Below, piece by piece: positions 55,543 to 64,000 of a stretch of DNA of 64,000 nucleotides. Source of the stretch: Candidatus Eiseniibacteriota bacterium (GTDB lineage: Bacteria > Eisenbacteria > RBG-16-71-46); assembly GCA_044223005.1 (NCBI GenBank), contig JBGAML010000001.1, forward strand, positions 128,001 to 192,000. The letters are read 5' to 3'. The first letter of the stretch is position 1; each line of letters starts with the position of its first letter. The notes below the pieces were generated by a model. It was not told the origin of the DNA. It worked only from the letters and a program-made list of their open reading frames with translations, and did not search any database. Position numbers and translations under genes: made by a program.

Positions 55543-58140
55543 ATGCGCCCCAGCGTCACGCTGTCCCACACCCTGCTCGCCCTCACCCTGGTCGCCGGAA
55601 GTGCGCTCGCGCAGCCGGCCGCCCGCGGCTCGGTGCTCCCGCCCACGTTCGACCGGATCGAAGCCGGTGCGCCGACCCCGGTCGCGCACCGTCCGCCGGT
55701 GCCCCACGCCAGCCTGCGGAACCGGGTCATGGGCCTGCAGCTGAGCGAACCTGCGCCCACCTGGTCCGAACCGACCGAGTACAGCGTGATCTTCCAGTAC
55801 GACGGCATGCGCTCCGACCTCGAGCGCGCCGGCGTGCGCGTCCAGTCGCAGGTCGGCTCGACCTGGACGGCGCGGGTGCGTCGTGAGGAGATCGGCAACC
55901 TGCGCGGCGTCTCGGGCCTGCGAAACGTCCGGCTCGCGCGCTACATGCAGCCGCACCTCAATACCGCGCTGCCGGACACGCGCGGCGATCTCGAGCACGC
56001 GCCGACCGCGACGATCCCGCCGCGCTACCAGGGCCGCGCCGGCAAGGGCATCCTGATCGGCGACGTCGACACGGGCATCGACTTCACCGCGAGCGACTTC
56101 GCGGATTCCACGGGCAAGACGCGCATCCTCTACATCTGGGACCAGAACGACCTCGTCGGCCCGAGCCCCAGCGGCTTCGGCTACGGCAGCGAGTGGACCA
56201 AGTCGCAGATCGACAACTCGCCCGGCACGATCCGCCACCAGGACACGAACGGCCACGGCACCAACGTCGGCGGCGTGCTGGTCGGCAACGGTTCGCAGAC
56301 GGGCTGCAGCCAGCCGGCGTACCGCTACATCGGCATGGCGCCCGAAGCCCAGATCGTCGAGGTCGCGACCGACTTCTCGGACGCCGGCATCATCGACGGC
56401 GTGAACTACGTCTTCCAGAAGGCCGCGGCACTCGGGATGGACTGCGTCGTGAACCTCTCGCTCGGTGGCCAGTTCGGTCCGCACGACGGCTCGAGCGACT
56501 TCTCGAAGGCCATCGGCGCGCTCACGGGCCCCGGCAAGATCGTCGTCGCGTCCTCGGGCAACAACGAGTCGGACAACATCCACGGCCGCCTCACGACCAC
56601 CTCGACCACGGTGGGCACGGACAAGTTCACGATCAACGTCCCCGCGTACACCGCGGCCGGCGGAACGTTCAACGACTACTTCCTCATCACCGGCTGGGTG
56701 GACCCGACCGCGAGCGTCACGATCCGCGTGAAGGGCCCCTCGGCGGCGGACACGCTGTCGGTCGGCTTCGGTGACACCAAGGACCGCAACCTCACGATCG
56801 CGAGCGGCAAGGGCGGCAAGCTCTTCATCGCCAACCAGAACGCGTTCTACGGCATCACGGGCACGACGACGACGCGCCAGTTCGAGATCGAGGTCTACGA
56901 TTCGCTCTCGACCAGCCCACCGCGCAACGGCACGTGGGAGATCGACGTGGTCCCCAACGGCGCGGCCAGCATCGGCAAGCGCGTCGACATCTGGATCTAC
57001 GCGGACAACCTCGGCCTGCTCGGCGCCGTGCCCACGGTCGTGACGGGCCTCAACACCGGTACGATGGTCGGCGAGCCCGCCGATGCCGACAGCGTGATCG
57101 CCGTCGGCGCGCACGCGACCAAGTCGTCGTGGTTCTCGTGCGCCCAGGGCGGCACCTGCGCCTACACGACGCCGCCGACGCTGGGTGCGATCGCCAGCTT
57201 CTCGAACATCGGTCCGCGCCGCGACGGCGTGCAGAAGCCCGAACTGACCGCGCCGGGCTTCGGCGTCGCGACCACGCACTCGACCGCGTCCGGGATGGGC
57301 GTCTGCGCCGACGTGGACGACGGCGTGCACGAACTGACGCAGGGCACGAGCTTCTCGGCCCCGCTCGTCTCGGGCGCCGTCGCGCTGTTCCTGCAGTACC
57401 AGCCGGGCTCCTCGCCCAGCAAGGTGCGGCAGACGTTCGAGCAGCACGCCCGCACCGACGCCTTCACCGGTGCGGTGCCGAACGCCACGTGGGGCTACGG
57501 CAAGCTCGACGTCTACGCCACGATCGACCACGTCCTGCCGACGTGCGCAGTCACGTCCCCGGTGGGCGGCGAGTCGTGGGCGGGCAACTCGTCGCAGACC
57601 GTCACGTGGACGGCCAGCGACAACGTCGCGGTGACCACGGTGGACGTCGCCTACTCGCTGCACGGTGCCGGCGGTCCGTGGGTCGCGATCGCGACCGGCG
57701 TCGCCAACACCGGCTCCACGCCGTGGACCACGCCGAGCTCGGTCACCGACAGCGCGCTCGTGCGCGTCACGGCGCACGACGCGGGCAACAACGCCGCTTC
57801 GGCGCAGAGCGCGGCGCTCTTCCACCTCACGTCCTCGACCGGCGTCGGCCCGTCGGGCCCGGCCGCGTTCTGGCTGGCGCCCCCGGTTCCGAACCCGTCG
57901 AGCCGCACGGTGGCGATCCAGTACTCGCTCTCGCGCCCCGGCGACGCCCGCGTGGACGTCTACGGCCTGCGCGGCGAACGCGTCTGGAGCCAGTCGATGA
58001 CCAACTTGAACGCGGGCGTGCACTCGCTCAACTGGTCGGGCCGCTCGAGCTCGGGCCACGCGGCCGGCTCGGGGCTGTACTTCCTGCGCCTGACGACGAA
58101 CGAAGGCGTCCGCACCACGCGCCTCATCCGTCTCGATTGA
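55543..58140 (+). CDS. secreted subtilisin-family (S8) protease with C-terminal FlgD-Ig/T9SS-like domain
   Basis: DTGID, GHGTNV, GTSFSAP triad; internal insert; C-terminal PVPNP...GLYFLRL. Confidence 0.92.
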   Translation: MRPSVTLSHTLLALTLVAGSALAQPAARGSVLPPTFDRIEAGAPTPVAHRPPVPHASLRNRVMGLQLSEPAPTWSEPTEYSVIFQYDGMRSDLERAGVRVQSQVGSTWTARVRREEIGNLRGVSGLRNVRLARYMQPHLNTALPDTRGDLEHAPTATIPPRYQGRAGKGILIGDVDTGIDFTASDFADSTGKTRILYIWDQNDLVGPSPSGFGYGSEWTKSQIDNSPGTIRHQDTNGHGTNVGGVLVGNGSQTGCSQPAYRYIGMAPEAQIVEVATDFSDAGIIDGVNYVFQKAAALGMDCVVNLSLGGQFGPHDGSSDFSKAIGALTGPGKIVVASSGNNESDNIHGRLTTTSTTVGTDKFTINVPAYTAAGGTFNDYFLITGWVDPTASVTIRVKGPSAADTLSVGFGDTKDRNLTIASGKGGKLFIANQNAFYGITGTTTTRQFEIEVYDSLSTSPPRNGTWEIDVVPNGAASIGKRVDIWIYADNLGLLGAVPTVVTGLNTGTMVGEPADADSVIAVGAHATKSSWFSCAQGGTCAYTTPPTLGAIASFSNIGPRRDGVQKPELTAPGFGVATTHSTASGMGVCADVDDGVHELTQGTSFSAPLVSGAVALFLQYQPGSSPSKVRQTFEQHARTDAFTGAVPNATWGYGKLDVYATIDHVLPTCAVTSPVGGESWAGNSSQTVTWTASDNVAVTTVDVAYSLHGAGGPWVAIATGVANTGSTPWTTPSSVTDSALVRVTAHDAGNNAASAQSAALFHLTSSTGVGPSGPAAFWLAPPVPNPSSRTVAIQYSLSRPGDARVDVYGLRGERVWSQSMTNLNAGVHSLNWSGRSSSGHAAGSGLYFLRLTTNEGVRTTRLIRLD

Positions 58141-58156
58141 CGCACCGGAACGCACG

Positions 58157-58189
58157 AACGGCCGGCGGGAGACGCTCCCGCCGGCCGTT
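58157..58189. terminator. hairpin between convergent genes
   Basis: AACGGCCGGCGGGAG-acg-CTCCCGCCGGCCGTT. Confidence 0.7.
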
Positions 58190-58204
58190 TCGTTGCGCGC
58201 CGCG

Positions 58205-59815
58205 CTAGCGGAGCACTTCGACCAGGATCTGTGCGAACAGGATCTTGGCGATCGTCGCGAACGGGTAGACCGCCGCGTAGCCGGCGTTGGGTCCGTCGTC
58301 GACCGCGCTTTCGTTCGCGAACGCGAGCACCGCGGGCTGCGTCTGGACGCCGGCGACCATGCCGAACAGCACCGCCGGCCGCACCTTGAGGAAGCGCCGC
58401 CCGACGAAGAGCGCGAGCAGGGTCGTCCCCAGCGTGATGCCCGCGCCGGCGAGGAAGAGCGGCAGCGAGCCGGGCTGCGCGAACGTCTGGCGGAACACCC
58501 AGCCGGAACGCGTGCCGACGCCGGCGAGGAACAGCACGAGCCCGATCTGGCGCAGCGTGAGGTTGGCGCTGTAGGGCAGCTGCCAGACGACCACGCCCAT
58601 GCGCCCGATGGCGCCGAGGATCAGGCCCGCGATCAGCGGACCGCCGGCGACGCCGAGCTGGAACGTGCCGCCGTTGGGCAGCGGGATCGGGATCAGGCCG
58701 ACGATCAGGCCGACGGCGATGCCGAGCCCGAACGAGAGCACGTCGACCTCGGCCAGCGCGCGGTACGAATCGCCGAAGAAGCGCGCGACCTCGTTCATGC
58801 GCGCCCGCGGCGCGAGCACGCGCACGCGGTCGCCCAGTTCGAGCACGGTGCCGTCGTCGGGGAGCAGGTCCACGTCGCCGCGCCGGACGCGCGTGACCAG
58901 CGCGCCGAAGCGCTCCATGAGCTTGAGCTCCGAGAGCGGGCGCTCGGCGATCGCGGGTTCGGACACGAACACGCGCCGGAAGTCGAGATCGGTGCGGTCC
59001 AGCTCGAGCCGCTCGTCGGCGAGCTCGCCGAGCGCGGCCACCACCTTCTCGAGCTCGGAGGGCGCCCCGACCACGGTCACGAGATCGCCCACGGCCAGCG
59101 GCTCGTCGACGTCCACGACCGCGATCTCCTCGCCGCGGCGGCGGCGCGCGAACAGTACCTTCCAGCCGCGCCGGTGGATCAGGCCCTCGACGCTGACGTG
59201 GCAGACCTCGTCGTGCGTCACGTGGATGCTGCGCACCTCGAGTGCGCTGCCGCCGGAGGGCGTCGCCAGCTCCTTCTTCCAGCGCCGGCGCATGATCGCG
59301 AGCGCGAGGATCACGCCGAACACGCCCATGGGGTAGCTGAGCGAGTACGCCACGACGGGCGCGGCCAGCGTCGCGGCGTCGTCCGCCGACAGCGCGCGCA
59401 GGCGCTCGATCACCGCGGCCAGGGCGGGCGTGTTGGTGAGGCTGCCGGCGAAGAGACCTGCGGCGCTCGGTGCGCTCGCGCCCAGGAACAGGTGCGTCGC
59501 CACCGCGCCCAGCGCGGCCAGCGCCAGCAGCGTGCCGGTGAACGCGGCGTCGCGCAGGCCGCGGCGCTTGAACGACGCGATGAAGCCCGGGCCGCTCGCG
59601 ACGCCGACCGTGTAGACGAACAGCACGAGCCCGAACCGCTGCACGATCTCGGGCAGCTGCAGGCGGGAATCGAGCGCGCCGGCACCGAGGCCGACGAACA
59701 GCACCGCGGCCACGCCGAGCCCGACGCCGGCCACCTTGAAACGGCCGAGCGCGAACCCCAGGGCGAGCACCGCGAAGAGCAGCAGCAGGGGCTGGTCCAC
59801 CAAGAGTGCGATCAT
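58205..59815 (-). CDS. AspT/YidE/YbjL family antiporter with TrkA-C domains
   Basis: GL.LFVYTVG..SGPGF, GSLTNTPAL, YS.SYP.G, duplicated membrane domain, G..TQPA.L. Confidence 0.92.
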   Translation of the reverse strand: MIALLVDQPLLLLFAVLALGFALGRFKVAGVGLGVAAVLFVGLGAGALDSRLQLPEIVQRFGLVLFVYTVGVASGPGFIASFKRRGLRDAAFTGTLLALAALGAVATHLFLGASAPSAAGLFAGSLTNTPALAAVIERLRALSADDAATLAAPVVAYSLSYPMGVFGVILALAIMRRRWKKELATPSGGSALEVRSIHVTHDEVCHVSVEGLIHRRGWKVLFARRRRGEEIAVVDVDEPLAVGDLVTVVGAPSELEKVVAALGELADERLELDRTDLDFRRVFVSEPAIAERPLSELKLMERFGALVTRVRRGDVDLLPDDGTVLELGDRVRVLAPRARMNEVARFFGDSYRALAEVDVLSFGLGIAVGLIVGLIPIPLPNGGTFQLGVAGGPLIAGLILGAIGRMGVVVWQLPYSANLTLRQIGLVLFLAGVGTRSGWVFRQTFAQPGSLPLFLAGAGITLGTTLLALFVGRRFLKVRPAVLFGMVAGVQTQPAVLAFANESAVDDGPNAGYAAVYPFATIAKILFAQILVEVLR

Positions 59816-59987
59816 GCTCGCAGCATACGCGAACGCTTCGCGGCGACGCATCGCGGCTCGCCTGCCGGGAGAAGGTGCGATCGTCCGATGGGTGACGGGC
59901 GGCGATCCTTTTCGCCCACCGCTCGTTCCGCGCCTGACGGCGCCCTGACACGCTCAGGGATTTCGAAACGGTACGATCGTGTCACTC

Positions 59988-60920
59988 ATGGTCCGCACAC
60001 TCTCCACGCTCCTGCTCGGCGCGTTGCTCGCCGGTTCGGCGCCGCACGGCGCGCCCACGCTGCCGGAATCCACGCGCCGCGTGGTCGCCGGCGGCGTCGA
60101 CTCGCTCGGCCGCGCGACACTCGCGCGCGACGTCGTGCTCGAACCGCGCACGACGGTGCCGCCCGACGTGCCGCAGGCGGCGCTCGACGCCCGCCTCGCC
60201 GGGCGCGTCACCGTGCGCGCGCGCGTCACGCAGTGGGGCACGGTCGACAGCGTGGTCGCGATCTCCGGCGACCCGCGCCTGCGTGCCGCCGCGATGGACG
60301 CGGTGCGCTGGTACGTGTACGCCCCGCAGGCCGAGCCGGCATGGACGCTCGCGACGATCACGATCGACGGCCGCGAGGAGACCGACCCGCTCGGCGTCGA
60401 CATCCTCGGGCTGATCCGTGACGCCGAACGCGACGGCCGCTGGCGCGACGCGCTGGAGGCCTACACCGGCGCGCTGCGCCGGCTCGACCAGCACCCGACG
60501 TTGCGCAACCCGTGGGCGCTGCGCCTGCGCGCCGTGCGCACCGCCGCGCGGCTCGGGGGCCCGGGCTCGCCCGGCGGCTCGATCGAGCTGAAGGCCATCG
60601 CGACACGCGTGCAGCAACAGCGCACGGTCGCGCGCGCCGCGCACGCGGACCTCGTCGCGGACTTCGAGACCTGCCTGCAGGCCGCGCCGTGGTGGGGCGA
60701 GGTCTACCAGTGGGAGGCCGCGTCGCTCCTGGGCTGCGGCCGCTCGAGCGACGCCATCCGGGACCTCCTGCTCTTCCGCGTCGCGTGCCCCGACAGCGTC
60801 TCGCGCGAACGCGCCGAGCGCGCGCTCGCCGGCATCGCGGCCGGCGACACGGTCGTGGTCGGCGAACGGCTCAAGCGCGAGGGCCGGCAGTTCGAAGCGA
60901 AGGACGAGACGTCGAACTAG
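59988..60920 (+). CDS. secreted TonB C-terminal-like domain + helical (TPR-like) protein
   Basis: Signal peptide; P..A.DARL.G.V.V...V...G.V...AA.DAVRW.Y.P. Confidence 0.7.
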   Translation: MVRTLSTLLLGALLAGSAPHGAPTLPESTRRVVAGGVDSLGRATLARDVVLEPRTTVPPDVPQAALDARLAGRVTVRARVTQWGTVDSVVAISGDPRLRAAAMDAVRWYVYAPQAEPAWTLATITIDGREETDPLGVDILGLIRDAERDGRWRDALEAYTGALRRLDQHPTLRNPWALRLRAVRTAARLGGPGSPGGSIELKAIATRVQQQRTVARAAHADLVADFETCLQAAPWWGEVYQWEAASLLGCGRSSDAIRDLLLFRVACPDSVSRERAERALAGIAAGDTVVVGERLKREGRQFEAKDETSN

Positions 60921-60924
60921 GGCG

Positions 60925-61767
60925 TCACTCGAAGCGGCGCGCCGCCGCCGACGGCGGTGCGTCGGGCAGCCGCACCGGGCCGCACGAGAAGTTCGCCGGG
61001 CGCTTCTCGACGAACGCCGCCACGCCCTCGGCCGCGTCGCCGGACTCCCAGCACGCGCGCTGCGCCGCGCTCTCGGCGTCGAGGCATTCGGCGAGCGTCC
61101 GCGCGTGCGCAGCCCGCAGGCTCGCCTTGACCGCGCGCACGCTGGTCGCGGGCGCGGCCGCGAGCGCGGCGGCCCACGCGCGCCAGCCGGCATCGAACTC
61201 GGCCGCGGGCCACACGCGCTGCACGAGCCCGAGCCGCAGCATCTCCGGGGCGTCGACCAGCTCGCCGGTCCAGCAGAGCTCCAGCGCCTTCGCGAGCCCC
61301 ACCGCGCGCGGCAGCGCCCACGTGCCGCCCCAGTCGGCGTGCAGGCCGATGCGCACGAACGTCTCGCCGAAGCGAGCGGCGTCGGACGCGAGCCGGACGT
61401 CACACGCGAGCATGAGGTTCGCGCCCGCGCCGGCCGCGACGCCGTTCACGGCCGCGACCACGGGGATCGGCAGCGCGTGCAGCGCGGCGATCACGCGCGC
61501 GCCCGCGTCCACCTGCGGCTCGAGGCCCTCGTAGCCGGCCCCGCGCGCGAACAGCTCGCGCATGAAGTCCACGTCGCCGCCCGCGCAGAACCCGCGGCCC
61601 GCACCCGTGAGCACGAGCACGCGGGCGTCGCTCGCGGCGACGCGCTCGAGCGCCTCGACCAGCTGCTCGCGCATGGTGCCGGCGAACGCGTTCAGCTTCT
61701 CGGGCCGGTTCAGCGTCACGACGGCGACGCCGTCCGAGTGGTCGAGCAGCACTTCGCGCGGGGTCAT
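60925..61767 (-). CDS. enoyl-CoA hydratase/isomerase family protein
   Basis: TLNRPEKLNA, FCAGGD, AAVNGVAAGAG, LACDVR, GL..DWGG. Confidence 0.92.
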   Translation of the reverse strand: MTPREVLLDHSDGVAVVTLNRPEKLNAFAGTMREQLVEALERVAASDARVLVLTGAGRGFCAGGDVDFMRELFARGAGYEGLEPQVDAGARVIAALHALPIPVVAAVNGVAAGAGANLMLACDVRLASDAARFGETFVRIGLHADWGGTWALPRAVGLAKALELCWTGELVDAPEMLRLGLVQRVWPAAEFDAGWRAWAAALAAAPATSVRAVKASLRAAHARTLAECLDAESAAQRACWESGDAAEGVAAFVEKRPANFSCGPVRLPDAPPSAAARRFE

Positions 61768-61789
61768 GGGATTCGCTCCTCGGAGACGT

Positions 61790-62974
61790 TCAGGCGCGCT
61801 CGAACAGCACGGCCATGCCCTGGCCGCCGCTCACGCAGAGCGTGGCGATCCCGAGCGACGCGCCGCGGCGTTCGAGTTCGTGCAGCAGCGTCACGACGAT
61901 GCGCGCGCCGCTGCAGCCGGTCGGGTGCCCGAGCGCGATGCCGCCGCCGACGGGGTTCAGCCGCTCCGGATCCATCTTCAGCTCGCGATCGCACGCCAGC
62001 ACCTGCGCCGCGAACGCCTCGTTGAGCTCGATCACCGCGACCTCGTCGAGCGTCCGGCCGGTGCGCTCGAGCAGCTGGCGCACCGCCGGCACGGGCCCGA
62101 GGCCCATGCGCGCGGGATCCAACGCCACGCTCACCGCGCCGAGGATCGCCGCCTGCGGCGTCACGCCGTGCGTGCGCGCGGCGTCCTCCGAGAGCACCAG
62201 CATCGCCGCGGCGCCGTCGGTGATGGCGCTGGCGTTGCCGGCGGTGATCGTGCCGTCATTCCGGAACACGGGCTTGAGCTTCGCCATGTCGGCGACGCTC
62301 GCATCCTCACGAAAGTGCTCGTCGCGCGCGATCGTCGCCGCGCGCTTGCCCTCGCCCACCGTGACCGGCACCACCTCGCGCGCGAACGCGCCGCTCGCCC
62401 ACGCGGCCGCGGCGCGCGCGTGGCTGCGCGCGGCGTAGGCGTCCTGCTCCTCGCGCGGGATCGCGTACTCGGTGGCGAGCGTCTCGGCCGTCTCGCCCAT
62501 CAACTGGTCGCAGAGCGGGCACAGGTAGCCGTCGCGATACATGGCGTCCTGCAGCGGCTGGTCGCCGAGCTTCTGTCCCCAGCGCACGCCGGGCGCGAGG
62601 AACGGGATGCTGCTCATGTGCTCGGTGCCGCCCGCGAGCACCACGCGCGCGTCTCCGAGCCGCACGGACTGCGCCGCACTGACGATCGCCTGCAGGCCGC
62701 TGGCGCACGCCTTGTTGAGCGTCCAGGCGGGCACCGTGTCCGCGAGCCCGGCGCGGCGCACGACCTGGCGCGCGAGGTTGGGGCCGTTGCCCGCCTGGCG
62801 CGCGTGCCCGAACACGCACTCGTCCACGGCGTCGCGCGGCACGCCCGCGCGCTCGATCGCCGCGGCGGCGGCGAGGCCCCCGAGCGCGGCGGAGGAGGAC
62901 GGCGCGAGGCCGCCGCCGAAACGGCCGATCGGCGTACGCACGGCACCGGCGAGGAACACGCGGGACGCGGTCAT
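61790..62974 (-). CDS. acetyl-CoA C-acyltransferase (thiolase)
   Basis: RTPIGRFGG, NKACASG, NEAFAAQ, GHPTGCSG, LCVSGGQG. Confidence 0.95.
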   Translation of the reverse strand: MTASRVFLAGAVRTPIGRFGGGLAPSSSAALGGLAAAAAIERAGVPRDAVDECVFGHARQAGNGPNLARQVVRRAGLADTVPAWTLNKACASGLQAIVSAAQSVRLGDARVVLAGGTEHMSSIPFLAPGVRWGQKLGDQPLQDAMYRDGYLCPLCDQLMGETAETLATEYAIPREEQDAYAARSHARAAAAWASGAFAREVVPVTVGEGKRAATIARDEHFREDASVADMAKLKPVFRNDGTITAGNASAITDGAAAMLVLSEDAARTHGVTPQAAILGAVSVALDPARMGLGPVPAVRQLLERTGRTLDEVAVIELNEAFAAQVLACDRELKMDPERLNPVGGGIALGHPTGCSGARIVVTLLHELERRGASLGIATLCVSGGQGMAVLFERA

Positions 62975-63025
62975 GCGAAGGAGGGTCCTTTCAGGGTGCG
63001 AACGGCCGCGCGCGTACCGCGCGGA

Positions 63026-64000
63026 TCACTCGTTGCGATCGCGGTCGGGGCGCGGGCCGCCGGGACGCGGGCCACCGGGGCGCGGACCACCGGGGCGCGG
63101 ACCGCTCGGCCGCGGACCGCCGGTGCGAGGGCCGGAATCACCGCGCGGCGGATACGGCCGCGGGCCACCGGACGACGGGCCGCCGGGGCGCGGACCGCCC
63201 GGCGCATCGGAGCGCGGCGGATACGGCCGCGAGCCGCCCTCGCGAGGCGGACCGGAGAAGCCGCCCGGGCGCGGCGGGCCGCCGGGGCCCGCGGGCCGCG
63301 GCGAATAAGGGCGCGGGCTGCGCGGCACGAAGCCGCCACGCTCGGGTTCGGGCGCCGCGGTCTTGCCGCCGGTGCGCGCCGCCTGCTTGCGCGCCATCTT
63401 GGACGCTGGGAGGAACTTCCGTCCGCCCTCGCCGCCGAGTTCGCCGCCGCGCCGCGGCAGGCCGCGCTCGTCGTCGCCGCCGCCATATTCCGCGTCGAGC
63501 TCGTCCTCGTCCGGCAGTTCCTCGGGCGCCGGGCCGTGCAGCACGACGAACCAGCCATCGGCGTCCTCGACCTCGACCTGCGGACCCAGCTCGGTCTCGG
63601 CCGGCGCGGTCGCGAATGTGACGCCGCGGCCGCGCAGCTCCGCGGTCCACGCGTCGAAGTCGTCGTCCTCGAACGCGAACGCGACGCGCTGGTCCGCCTG
63701 CAGTGCGGGCGCGTCGGGGTCTTCGCGGTCGTGGATCGTCAGCCGGGTCTCGCCCGTGTCGAACTCCACCGAGCGTTCGTCCTCGTCGGCCAGCTTGAGC
63801 CCGAGCACTTCACGGTAGAAGGCGACCGTCTCGTCGAACTTGGACGCATTGACGATCGCGTGCGAGAGCCGCGGCCACTTGCCCTGCGCGAGCTCGCCGT
63901 TGGGCTCGACCAGGTGGACGCCGTTGCCTTCCGGGTCCGTGAGCAGCGCGTGGCGGCCGATCTCGTCGGTGACGATCGTCGCGTCCCCCGCGGCGCCGCG
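63026..64000 (-). CDS. tandem VOC/glyoxalase-domain protein with acidic and PRPGG-repeat tail (5' end outside window)
   Basis: Frame continues upstream of the listed ORF (LLTDPEGNGVHL...AFYREVLGLKL); second domain ends VEDADGW. Confidence 0.82.
   Translation of the reverse strand, partial: RGAAGDATIVTDEIGRHALLTDPEGNGVHLVEPNGELAQGKWPRLSHAIVNASKFDETVAFYREVLGLKLADEDERSVEFDTGETRLTIHDREDPDAPALQADQRVAFAFEDDDFDAWTAELRGRGVTFATAPAETELGPQVEVEDADGWFVVLHGPAPEELPDEDELDAEYGGGDDERGLPRRGGELGGEGGRKFLPASKMARKQAARTGGKTAAPEPERGGFVPRSPRPYSPRPAGPGGPPRPGGFSGPPREGGSRPYPPRSDAPGGPRPGGPSSGGPRPYPPRGDSGPRTGGPRPSGPRPGGPRPGGPRPGGPRPDRDRNE
63047..63121 (-). repeat. 5 x 15-bp degenerate tandem repeat encoding GPRP(G/S)
   Basis: Units like GGGGCGCGGACCACC in tandem. 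Confidence 0.85.

Noticed and set aside
63047..63121. CRISPR array
   Set aside because: Degenerate 15-bp in-frame coding tandem repeat without spacers; no cas genes.

Overview
Very GC-rich bacterial chromosomal window (roughly 70-75% GC by eye) with about 63 protein-coding genes. I recognised no rRNA, tRNA, CRISPR array or transposase. Two secreted proteins end in FlgD-Ig/T9SS-like C-terminal domains, which suggests an FCB-group candidate phylum such as Ca. Eisenbacteria (inference). Most content is housekeeping, redox and envelope genes (hup, ABC/MacB-type exporters, trxB, ETF-QO, queG, moaD/moaE, tnaA, sod-bcp, ispH, thiolase and enoyl-CoA hydratases). Main discoveries: (1) an atypical mutagenesis system with a stand-alone ImuB-C-like small protein, a catalytically intact Y-family polymerase, a P-loop kinase and DnaE2, with no imuA in the window; both transcription units carry the same 18-bp palindrome (CTGCACATTTGTGCAGTA) between predicted -35 and -10 boxes, a candidate new SOS box. 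(2) A 222-bp nested palindromic element inserted in frame in dnaE2. (3) An unannotated, pseudoknot-rich candidate ncRNA of about 245 nt with its own sigma70-like promoter and 3' hairpin (41978-42225), plus a second structured element at 9809-10032. (4) Several apparent pseudo-enzymes and widespread leaderless-type promoter architecture. All calls come from reading the sequence by eye; no searches were run.
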